Sequence record: OZ195776.1
Length of the DNA stretch: 64,000 nucleotides
Reading direction: 5' to 3' (one strand)
The translations under genes were made by a program, and so were the position numbers. Of the stretch, positions 27,580-34,843 are shown in pieces. How positions within the stretch are numbered: the stretch's first letter is position 1; each line of letters begins with the position of its first letter. Below the pieces are notes generated by a model. That model saw nothing but the letters and a program-made list of their open reading frames with translations. It was not told where the DNA came from and did no database searches.

Positions 27580-28263
27580 CTATGTGTATTGTTGCATTAA
27601 CTCATCACGAAACGCTTGTTTACGTTTCTCTTCACGCTTTTGTTGTTTGGCAGCTTGCGCTTGTCGTTGTCTACATACCACAAACCACAACGCATTCGCA
27701 ATCACTCGATTCTCAGTCTCGGTAAAACAAGAAGGAATGGTCATTTCAAAACGACCAATGTGATTATTGTAAACAGCCACGAATTTAACTTGCGTGTCTT
27801 TATCTACAATAACACATGAACTGCCGTGTCTAAAGCCCTCAGTTTGGGTCGCAATGTGAAAACGTGTTGGTGTATTGATCATTTTATCGATTATAGCAAT
27901 AGCAGGTTCTTCAACATCGTATTTGAAATCATCAGCAGTCATCATACGGTATTTTGCATAATCTGCACGCATTTCGATCATTTTCTTGGCATTAATTGCC
28001 CAAGGGTTCTCGTAACAATTACCAATGCGACGATGGTTACGGTAGCCAGGACTAAAGCCAGAATTGTCAGGTTGCGTAACGACGTACATCTTGTAAATCG
28101 AAGCAGGACTGTTCAAGAAGGTTTGGAAGTATTTGTGTTTGGGATTTTGGCTTATAAAGCCGCCAATGGTTCCATCACCGTAAGCGTGGACATTGATTTG
28201 AGGTTTGCAAAGAGGGGTGTGAAGAATACTATGGATGTATTCTTGTGCTGTGGTAGTTGACAT
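27580..28263 (-). CDS. Hypothetical protein
   Basis: 227 aa ORF with RBS aggag. Confidence 0.7.
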   Translation of the reverse strand: MSTTTAQEYIHSILHTPLCKPQINVHAYGDGTIGGFISQNPKHKYFQTFLNSPASIYKMYVVTQPDNSGFSPGYRNHRRIGNCYENPWAINAKKMIEMRADYAKYRMMTADDFKYDVEEPAIAIIDKMINTPTRFHIATQTEGFRHGSSCVIVDKDTQVKFVAVYNNHIGRFEMTIPSCFTETENRVIANALWFVVCRQRQAQAAKQQKREEKRKQAFRDELMQQYT

Positions 28264-28289
28264 AACGTTCTCCTTTGATTGATACGGAG

Positions 28290-28318
28290 ATATTAAGCCA
28301 ACTACGTTTTCAGGTCAA
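28290..28318 (-). promoter_or_regulatory. Sigma70-like early promoter
   Basis: Minus strand TTGACC-17 nt-TAATAT. Confidence 0.6.
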
Positions 28319-28321
28319 CGA

Positions 28322-28525
28322 TTAATCCATTCGGGTTAATTCGTGATCGCGAACTTTCTGACCATTACGAGTGTTTTCGTATAATCGATCTGCGCGGATG
28401 TAAGACCAGTCGTAAGGCGAACCATCACGGTGAGCAGCAAGTCGGTAACATACCGATGCAATGTTGCGTCCACGATGATCCTTATCCAACTGGAATAGAT
28501 TTTTGACAACCTTTAGTAAATTCAT
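28322..28525 (-). CDS. Hypothetical protein
   Basis: 67 aa ORF, RBS ggag. Confidence 0.55.
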   Translation of the reverse strand: MNLLKVVKNLFQLDKDHRGRNIASVCYRLAAHRDGSPYDWSYIRADRLYENTRNGQKVRDHELTRMD

Positions 28526-28556
28526 GCTAGTTCTCCAATTAATAAACTCCGGATAA

Positions 28557-28580
28557 AGAAAAACCCGCTCGAGGCGGGTT
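28557..28580 (-). terminator. Rho-independent terminator
   Basis: Minus strand aacccgcc-tcga-gcgggtttttcttt. Confidence 0.65.
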
Positions 28581-28698
28581 ATTTATTGAAGCGATGGCGT
28601 GACAAGCACCATTGAATTTGTGTATAGATTCGCTTGCGGCAATCCTACTGCATACCAGTCTTACCTGGTCCTATATGAGTCACACTTCAAAAATCTTA

Positions 28699-29046
28699 TT
28701 AATCGTAGTACCACCAGAAACCGATGTACTTTTTAGCTTTATCGTAGAAGTCCCAGTTATTTTCAGGATCTTTCCAGAATCGAGCTTGTTGCTGTTGCCA
28801 ATGTGAACGTCTCGCTTTACGAGTGTACCACTTGACTGCAGCGGATTCTTTGTAGTTGTGGTCTGTTTCTTCAACCAAGCACCAAGAGTCATACTCATCT
28901 TCTGTGTTAATCCAATTAGCGTAACGCTCTGGATCCTCATCGTAACGATTGCGAAGCCCGTAATCCATACGGTTGATGTATTCGTCTAATGCTCCGTGAC
29001 GACGCCACGGACGGTTACCTTTTTGCTTACGATATGTTTTTGACAC
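28699..29046 (-). CDS. Hypothetical protein
   Basis: MSKTYRKQKG...; RBS gagg. Confidence 0.65.
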   Translation of the reverse strand: MSKTYRKQKGNRPWRRHGALDEYINRMDYGLRNRYDEDPERYANWINTEDEYDSWCLVEETDHNYKESAAVKWYTRKARRSHWQQQQARFWKDPENNWDFYDKAKKYIGFWWYYD

Positions 29047-29105
29047 TTTTGATTTCCTCTATTGATGACATTCAATAGAAAAAATCGTTCTCAAAATAAT
29101 TCATT

Positions 29106-29369
29106 TTAGCTACCTGTAAACAAGAATGATATCAAACTACCCAAGTCTCCAAAAGACGTGGCACCAAAAGAAAATCCTGATATCCACATTGAAACTGTGA
29201 ATAAAAGTGAAACAAAATGAACACCGAGTGCTCCAAGTTCCATCATTCTTACCGTGTTGCTACTGTTGTATGCTAACGTCAATGCGTTGATTATCAAGAT
29301 TCCGTACCAAGGTACATGAACGCCTATCATCCAACCAATGACAACAAAAAAGATGCTTACGACCACCAT
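29106..29369 (-). CDS. Small membrane protein
   Basis: Three hydrophobic segments. Confidence 0.6.
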   Translation of the reverse strand: MVVVSIFFVVIGWMIGVHVPWYGILIINALTLAYNSSNTVRMMELGALGVHFVSLLFTVSMWISGFSFGATSFGDLGSLISFLFTGS

Positions 29370-29661
29370 TATATAAATTCCTCACAATGAATTTGTGGAT
29401 GCCACTACCATCCTGCACATATTGAATCTTACATTCTGACGTGTGCACGTGCCGCGTGGTTCTCTTTCGATAATTTATACACCACTGAGACTCATAAGAG
29501 GTGTTTGACTGCATACCCAATTCCATCAGTCGCTACTGGCACCAAAACTTCCTTCAAACCAGCTCCCCTGCAGGTTGATCAACTCTATCTCACGACAGTA
29601 TTTGACCTATACTTCTTTAACGTCAGTGCAGACCCGACGATTACACAGTTAAGTGATAATG

Positions 29662-29737
29662 TGGTGGAAGTGGTGGGACTCGAACCCACGACCGACGGCT
29701 TATCGGGCCGGCGCTCTACCAACTGAGCTACACTTCC
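29662..29737 (-). tRNA. tRNA-Ile(GAT)
   Basis: Cloverleaf folded by hand; loop CCGATAA (C33); CCA encoded. Confidence 0.88.
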
Positions 29738-29744
29738 ATTAATA

Positions 29745-29820
29745 TGGTGCACCCTACTGGAATCGAACCAGTGACGCGAAGATCTTCAATCTACCGCTCT
29801 ACCATCTGAGCTAAGGGTGC
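29745..29820 (-). tRNA. tRNA-Phe(GAA)
   Basis: Cloverleaf; loop TTGAAGA; CCA. Confidence 0.92.
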
Positions 29821-30029
29821 ATATTGTATTCGTTTATATCAAAATCGGTTAACGACTCAACGAGAATAGTTGCTTTGTAACCTACGTACAATTCATCTCC
29901 GTACCACAAGTCGGTGCATTCCTCTACAATATAAGAAGAACCAAGAACGATGTGCTTGATGTTAAAGAATTGCAAATTGCGTTCAAGAACTGTTTTAGCT
30001 CTATCTGTCAATGGTTTGATTTTGATCAT
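29811..30029 (-). CDS. Hypothetical protein between tRNAs
   Basis: 72 aa ORF, RBS aggag. Confidence 0.55.
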   Translation of the reverse strand: MIKIKPLTDRAKTVLERNLQFFNIKHIVLGSSYIVEECTDLWYGDELYVGYKATILVESLTDFDINEYNMHP

Positions 30030-30060
30030 AACATTCTCCTATTTGGAGAATATTTATAAT

Positions 30061-30136
30061 TGGAGCGAATGATGAGGTTCGAACTCACGACCTGTTGCTT
30101 GGCAAGCAACCGCTCTACCAACTGAGCTACATTCGC
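30061..30136 (-). tRNA. tRNA-Gly(GCC)
   Basis: Cloverleaf; loop TTGCCAA; CCA. Confidence 0.93.
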
Positions 30137-30597
30137 ATTTGAACTTTTCGGTTCCCGTGTATATTTTGTATGTGGCACGGACCACAACCCCTACGCCTTG
30201 GTGCGTCAATGGAGCTAGTATTCGTTATCAAGTGCTGCTTCCATGTGCTACTCCTTATAGGTTTTCCAAACCCTGATTTCGCACTCTCGGCAGTTTCTAC
30301 GTCAACTTTTCTTCCGATATCCTTTTGAAACACTCACTATCCAGTTGGATTCGCATTGCTAAGTGAGGTCCGCATCCTTAATCGATTTGTCGTACACCTG
30401 AAAATTTTAATTGCTTTGATCGAACAAATTCTTTATTGCTTTCAAATTAGTCAAATCAACTTGAAGTTGCCGTAGCATTACTTCGTTCTTTGTTGATTTA
30501 ATCTGCCTCTCCAAATCCTTTATCAGAAATCCAATAGATGACTTGGTGATATTGAAATAGTTTATATTGAAACTCGCATCTGTTAAACCTTTTTGTT

Positions 30598-30674
30598 TGG
30601 TGGATAGTGCTGGATTTGAACCAGCGACCAACGGATTATGATTCCGACGAACTACCAGACTGTTCTAACTATCC
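30598..30674 (-). tRNA. tRNA-Met(CAT), probably elongator
   Basis: Cloverleaf; loop ATCATAA; CCA. Confidence 0.85.
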
Positions 30675-30676
30675 AA

Positions 30677-30752
30677 TGGTGGAGAATATCGGAATCGAAC
30701 CGATGACCTCCTCCTTGCAAGGGAGGCGCTCTACCAACTGAGCTAAGACCCC
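30677..30752 (-). tRNA. tRNA-Ala(TGC)
   Basis: G3-U70 wobble; loop TTGCAA; CCA. Confidence 0.92.
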
Positions 30753-30846
30753 ATTTATTAAATTCAAGATTGTCTATTGCAGGTGTCCGGACTTACTACT
30801 GCATAAAGCTGCTGCCTTCGTTACCTGGTTCAACAATCTTGGAAAC

Positions 30847-30924
30847 TGGCAGGAGATGTGGGACTCGAACCCAACAACCTTCGGATTTGGAATCCGCTGC
30901 TCTACCAATTAGAGCTAATCTCCT
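30847..30924 (-). tRNA. tRNA-Trp(CCA)
   Basis: Cloverleaf; loop TTCCAAA; CCA. Confidence 0.92.
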
Positions 30925-30978
30925 ATTGATGATTTTATGTTTTTAACGTGGAGATAATCAACAACTCTCACAATCAAT

Positions 30979-31054
30979 TGGGGTGACCTGCGGGGTTCGA
31001 ACCCGCGACCGCCGGAATCACAATCCAGAGCTCTACCAACTGAGCTAAGGCCAC
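30979..31054 (-). tRNA. tRNA-His(GTG)
   Basis: Loop TTGTGAT; C73 discriminator. Confidence 0.92.
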
Positions 31055-31299
31055 ATCTAAAAACACTCAACGAATGCGCTTAGATGTGATTGCCTCACAT
31101 CGAATAGTTTCTCGGACTATTCCAAGACTCTGTTACAAGTCACCGCCCTATTCTATCTGTTGTTATACTCGTGAAGGGTACCGAGTGGTCTTTTGCAAAA
31201 CTATCAAGAGTTTAGCTTCGTGCAAGGCTCTTGGACCTTCTACCGATTAGCGATCGGTATTTCCAGCAATAGAACTAATCGCTCTACTCGTAAAGTTTT

Positions 31300-31410
31300 G
31301 AAGAATGATGGGAATTGAACCCACTTCGGATAACAGCATTGTAAAGAGGCTATCGATTATTTCCTACCGGCTTGTTTCAGACCTGCATTTCCTCTTTGCG
31401 AGCATTCTTT
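31300..31410 (-). ncRNA. tRNA-like RNA with non-tRNA central domain (T4 RNA C/D-like placement)
   Basis: Acceptor AAGAATG/CATTCTT and T arm GTGGG-TTCAATT-CCCAT, but no canonical D or anticodon arm. Confidence 0.5.
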
Positions 31411-31415
31411 CAAAT

Positions 31416-31506
31416 TGGCGGAGAGACAGAGACTCGAACTCTGACGACGCTATTAACATCGAACGGCTTTCAAGGCCGCGGCAGTACCAATTATGCTTAC
31501 CTCTCC
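31416..31506 (-). tRNA. tRNA-Ser(TGA)
   Basis: Long variable arm; loop CTTGAAA; CCA. Confidence 0.92.
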
Positions 31507-31512
31507 AGAATA

Positions 31513-31597
31513 TGGTGCGCAGGGTGGGACTCGAACCCACACGCCCTAAGGCCACGGAATCTAAATCCGCGTTGTCTACCAATTCCAGCACCTGCGC
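31513..31597 (-). tRNA. tRNA-Leu(TAG)
   Basis: Variable arm; loop TTTAGAT; CCA. Confidence 0.93.
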
Positions 31598-31599
31598 AT

Positions 31600-32015
31600 G
31601 TTATTTCTACACCAGACAATAGGACTTACTTCGACTTATTCCAACGTCTAACGTATTAGCTTCACAAGGTCGTCACCTATCATATTCGGATTCACCGTGG
31701 TTGCCACCTATTCGATATAACGTCATCGAAAACGACCTGGTATTCACAAGGGCATAATGCCTATTTCCAAGTAAACCAACTTCGTCGTAATCATGCTAAA
31801 GAGCAAGAATCGAGGTAGTTACCTAATCAACACTCCGTAGAGCTGTTTCCAAGTATTGAAAACGCATCAAAGAGGCGTGGCCTATCATTCTTAGTTAGGT
31901 TTTATTGTTTGCTGGACACTGTCTTCTGTGCAGAACTTTTAATGTGGTTGTTTTTACGATTTCAAGAGAGCCACACTTCCTTGAGTAACCGTCCTAATCA
32001 AGTTAGGAAGGATAA
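31600..32015 (-). ncRNA. About 415-nt structured non-coding RNA (GOLLD/ROOL-like setting, family unassigned)
   Basis: No ORF; multiple nested stems (cttcct/aggaag, cctaa/ttagg, tgtgg/ccaca); between two tRNAs. Confidence 0.5.
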
Positions 32016-32017
32016 TA

Positions 32018-32094
32018 TGGCGGATCCTCAGGGATTTGAACCCCGAACCTTGCGCTTAACAGGCGCCCGCTCTAACCATTGGAGCTAAGGATCC
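32018..32094 (-). tRNA. tRNA-Asn(GTT)
   Basis: Loop CTGTTAA; CCA. Confidence 0.93.
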
Positions 32095-32100
32095 GTAATA

Positions 32101-32177
32101 TGGCGCACCGAGTAGGACTCGAACCTACCTCAATCCTCGTTCGTAGCGAGGTGCCAATCCAGATTGACTACCGGTGC
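32101..32177 (-). tRNA. tRNA-Arg(ACG)
   Basis: Loop CTACGAA; CCA. Confidence 0.9.
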
Positions 32178-32184
32178 AAAAATT

Positions 32185-32261
32185 TGGCGGGTGTGACGGG
32201 ATTTGAACCCGCTACCTACGACGTGACAGGCCGTTATGCAAACCAACTACACCTCACACCC
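32185..32261 (-). tRNA. tRNA-Asp(GTC)
   Basis: Loop CTGTCAC; CCA. Confidence 0.92.
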
Positions 32262-32262
32262 T

Positions 32263-32478
32263 TTAAGAAACTACATGTACAATACCTAGGATTGGAAGAA
32301 CTATAAACCAACAAAGCAAAATTAAGAAGAACAATCCTGTACCAATGATACCAGGTAATTGCTTTAGACGATATCCCCAAAGTCCATACTTCTTGATCTG
32401 TTTCTGACGTTCTAACTCTGCTCGACGAGCGATATTCTCGGAGCTAAAGTAGTTCAGTATATCTCTTGTATCAAACAT
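32263..32478 (-). CDS. Small membrane protein
   Basis: C-terminal hydrophobic helix; lies between tRNAs. Confidence 0.55.
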   Translation of the reverse strand: MFDTRDILNYFSSENIARRAELERQKQIKKYGLWGYRLKQLPGIIGTGLFFLILLCWFIVLPILGIVHVVS

Positions 32479-32493
32479 ATAATTCTCATAAAC

Positions 32494-32571
32494 TGGTCGG
32501 AACTGTAGGATTCGAACCTACGACCCCTTGCTCCCAAAGCAAGCGCTGCTACCAAACTGAGCTAAGTTCCG
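32494..32571 (-). tRNA. tRNA-Pro(TGG)
   Basis: Loop TTTGGGA; C1-G72; CCA. Confidence 0.93.
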
Positions 32572-32646
32572 AAAATAACTGGATACGTTTGTCTTTTTTT
32601 TCAAATAAAAAATTAGATTTAATGTTTGCTGAATGTATCCATAAAC

Positions 32647-32722
32647 TGGCTGGCGTAGGAGGACTCGAACCTCCGACCATCGGTATCAAAAACCGATGCG
32701 CTACCAACTGCGCTATACGCCA
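32647..32722 (-). tRNA. tRNA-Gln(TTG)
   Basis: Loop TTTTGAT; U1-A72; CCA. Confidence 0.92.
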
Positions 32723-32729
32723 ATAAAAC

Positions 32730-32806
32730 TGGTGGGTGTAGAAGGACTCGAACCTTCGACCACTCGATTAAAAGTCGAGTGCTCTAACCAACTGAGCTAC
32801 ACACCC
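32730..32806 (-). tRNA. tRNA-Lys(TTT)
   Basis: Loop CTTTTAA; CCA. Confidence 0.94.
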
Positions 32807-32878
32807 AAATCTTGTAACTGAGATAAGCATCTCATGTTTCCATTTGAAAGTAAACCAGTTATTTGATTTACTTTGAAA

Positions 32879-32955
32879 TGGAAGCGGGAGGTGGATTTGA
32901 ACCACCGACCTTTGGGTTATGAGCCCAATAAGCTACCAGACTGCTCCATCCCGCT
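32879..32955 (-). tRNA. tRNA-fMet(CAT), initiator-like
   Basis: Three consecutive G-C pairs (GGG/CCC) in the anticodon stem; loop CTCATAA. Confidence 0.88.
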
Positions 32956-32961
32956 ACAATT

Positions 32962-33045
32962 TGGTGGGAACACATACCTCCGTGGGCTTATCAACAATAC
33001 TTCACTGACTCGTAAAGTTGATTACCTTCTCCGAAGAGAACTCCC
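32962..33045 (-). pseudogene. Degenerate tRNA-like element, possibly tRNA-Val(TAC)
   Basis: GGGA.../...TCCC-A-CCA ends and a TT-TAC-GA loop, but no TTCGA T-loop. Confidence 0.4.
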
Positions 33046-33051
33046 ATAATT

Positions 33052-33128
33052 TGGTTCTCGAGACGGGAATCGAACCCGCTAATCCCACCTTGAAAGGGTG
33101 GTGACTCAACCAGATGGTCTGCCCGAGA
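33052..33128 (-). tRNA. tRNA-Glu(TTC)
   Basis: Loop CTTTCAA; CCA. Confidence 0.9.
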
Positions 33129-33134
33129 ATTGTT

Positions 33135-33220
33135 TGGTGGGCCATCCTGGACTCGAACCAGGAACTCCGTGAGGAGGACGGATTTACAATCCGCTGCAAT
33201 CGCCATTCTGCCAACGACCC
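33135..33220 (-). tRNA. tRNA-Tyr(GTA)
   Basis: Variable arm; loop TTGTAAA; CCA. Confidence 0.92.
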
Positions 33221-33245
33221 AATGTATTTTTAACTAATGTTATCC

Positions 33246-33320
33246 TGGTGCTCTGTGACGGATTCGAACCGCCGTCACCTCATTACAAGTGAGGTGCTAA
33301 ACCAACTCAGCTAACAGAGC
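33246..33320 (-). tRNA. tRNA-Thr(TGT)
   Basis: Loop CTTGTAA; CCA. Confidence 0.92.
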
Positions 33321-33372
33321 AACGTATTTGTAGTTATTATCCAGCATTCCAGCTGGTTGTAAACTTGAAAGC

Positions 33373-33402
33373 AAAAAAAAAGCCGCTTTAATAAGCGGCT
33401 TC
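33373..33402 (-). terminator. Rho-independent terminator inside the tRNA cluster
   Basis: Minus strand agccgctt-atta-aagcggct followed by a T9 run. Confidence 0.8.
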
Positions 33403-33431
33403 TATAAATCTTTGGAATATAGAAGACGCAG

Positions 33432-33488
33432 TTAGCTCGCAGGATTTGTTTCGTAAATGTAAAATTTTTGAAGTGAATGTGCGAACAT
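33432..33488 (-). CDS. 18-aa mini ORF (possible leader peptide)
   Basis: MFAHSLQKFYIYETNPAS with RBS aaggaa, just upstream of the terminator. Confidence 0.35.
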   Translation of the reverse strand: MFAHSLQKFYIYETNPAS

Positions 33489-33610
33489 AATTGATTCCTT
33501 TGGGAAAAATAAACTTTTTTTCTTTCTCTTACTTTATATATAACAGCTTACTCAAGGATTCGGCTGTTTTAAACAAAAAATTTGAATTTTTTTCAAATTA
33601 ATTTAGAATG

Positions 33611-33702
33611 TGGCGGAAGGAGAGGGACTCGAACCCTCAGACCGGCTATTAACCAGTCGATTCCTTAGCAGGGAACTCCGATACCAATTATGGGATCCTT
33701 CC
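33611..33702 (-). tRNA. tRNA-Ser(GCT)
   Basis: Long variable arm; loop CTGCTAA; CCA. Confidence 0.92.
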
Positions 33703-33712
33703 GTTGTATATC

Positions 33713-33797
33713 TGGTACGGGTAGCGGGAGTCGAACCCGCACCTCCTAAGAGAGTGGATTTTAAGTCCACAGCATATGCCAATTTCGCCATACCCGT
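33713..33797 (-). tRNA. tRNA-Leu(TAA)
   Basis: Loop CTTAAAA; variable arm; CCA. Confidence 0.92.
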
Positions 33798-33804
33798 ATA
33801 AATT

Positions 33805-33891
33805 TGGTGCCAGTGGCCGGACTCGAACCGGCACGGTATTTCTACCACAGGATTTTGAATCCTGCGCGCCTACCAATTACGCCACACTGGC
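33805..33891 (-). tRNA. tRNA-Leu(CAA)
   Basis: Loop TTCAAAA; variable arm; CCA. Confidence 0.92.
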
Positions 33892-33892
33892 T

Positions 33893-33970
33893 TGGAGCTG
33901 CGTGAGGGATTCGAACCCCCGAAGCTTGGATTTGCAATCCAGTACATTAGACCAACTCTGCCAACACAGC
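33893..33970 (-). tRNA. tRNA-Cys(GCA)
   Basis: Loop TTGCAAA; U73; CCA. Confidence 0.9.
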
Positions 33971-34057
33971 ATTTTTCAAGTTCACACTTTTGATTAGTAC
34001 GGTAGTGACTCTCCGTAATGTGGTGACCCGCCGTGGACTCGAACCACGCCCTATCGA

Positions 34058-34534
34058 TTATTCTGAACGCTCTGTGCGTCTGCGTCTATACGTTGATGTT
34101 TGTGAATGACAATTTGGACACAACCAGGATAGGTTTTCCTTCCGATTATCGTTGCTAATTCCATTAACATGTTCCAGCTCCAATGTAAGAGGTTTCCCAT
34201 TCCAAGTATCCGGAATTCCACACTCATCACAGTGGTTTCGATAGAACCCTAATCGAATTGATATTTGTCGGGCGCTGCTACGAGGTGCAGTGCAATTCTC
34301 TACAAAGAACGATTCTTCGGTGTGTGAAAATTTATTACGCTTAAACGTCTTTTTAACATCAAAGTGTTCAGTAGACACGTCGTACTTATCACACAGCACT
34401 TTCAATCGATTTATATTGTATGTACAGACCGTTATACCAACACCACGGCACACATCACTCCAACAAAACGAATCACTTGCTACGGTGATTAGCTGTTCTA
34501 ACGTATAGTGCTTAAAATCTTTATTGCTTTTCAT
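34058..34534 (-). CDS. HNH homing endonuclease
   Basis: CDEC...LELEHVNGISNDNRKENLSWLCPNCH; stop codon overlaps the tRNA 3' exon. Confidence 0.92.
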   Translation of the reverse strand: MKSNKDFKHYTLEQLITVASDSFCWSDVCRGVGITVCTYNINRLKVLCDKYDVSTEHFDVKKTFKRNKFSHTEESFFVENCTAPRSSARQISIRLGFYRNHCDECGIPDTWNGKPLTLELEHVNGISNDNRKENLSWLCPNCHSQTSTYRRRRTERSE

Positions 34535-34540
34535 TTTCTA

Positions 34541-34578
34541 CTCCTACTGCTGATGTGTTATTTATACAGCAGTAGGAG
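34541..34578 (-). promoter_or_regulatory. Late promoter TATAAATA inside an RBS-sequestering hairpin
   Basis: 12-bp inverted repeat ctcctactgctg/cagcagtaggag; loop holds TATAAATA (34566-34559); 3' arm holds AGGAG 6 nt before the ATG. Confidence 0.85.
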
Positions 34579-34627
34579 ATAATGAGTCGATTGCTCTCAA
34601 CCAGGTGAGCTATCGGGCCACATAAAC

Positions 34628-34704
34628 TGGAGCAAGTGACGGGACTCGAACCCGCGACCACCGACTTGGAAGGACGGAACTCTACCAACTGAGTTTACAC
34701 TTGC
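34628..34704 (-). tRNA. tRNA-Gly(TCC)
   Basis: Loop CTTCCAA; CCA. Confidence 0.9.
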
Positions 34705-34710
34705 AAAACT

Positions 34711-34815
34711 GGATGTACAAAATAGCTCACCATTACCTCAACCCAGAGTAACGTTAGTCTTTTACGACTTGGCTCCTGATATGTAATTTTAGGTTATTGT
34801 TTGCGGTAGACATCC
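34711..34815 (-). ncRNA. Permuted copy of the tRNA mini-intron element flanking about 70 nt of non-tRNA sequence
   Basis: Minus strand GGATG-TCTACCGCAA-AC-AAT ... TATTTTGTA-CATCC. Confidence 0.6.
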
Positions 34816-34843
34816 AAGGTCGAACCTTGACGAATCAAGATCT

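Larger units (their letters stand above)
34021..34619 (-). tRNA. tRNA(CAT), Ile2-like, split at the anticodon (36/37) by a 522-nt HNH insertion
   Basis: 5' half 34619-34582 GGCCCGATAGCTC...ATCGACTCAT; 3' half 34059-34021 AATCGAT...TTCGAGT...GGGTCACCA; halves rejoin into a full cloverleaf. Confidence 0.85.

Noticed and set aside
30140-30400. RNase P RNA
   Set aside because: The GAGGAAAGUCC and matching 3' P4 strand signatures are absent.
30407-30631. 74-aa ORF as listed
   Set aside because: Its start lies inside tRNA-Met and no in-frame start with an RBS was found downstream; not called.
30764-30842. SRP (4.5S) RNA, from CAGG-10 nt-AGCAGC spacing
   Set aside because: The 10-nt segment (TAACGAAGGC) cannot form the helix-8 stem and GNRA loop. 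Kept instead as the duplicated unknown motif.
34060-34581. Group I intron carrying the HNH gene
   Set aside because: Only about 47 nt lie outside the ORF, no P/Q/R/S core is seen, and the insertion does not end in G.
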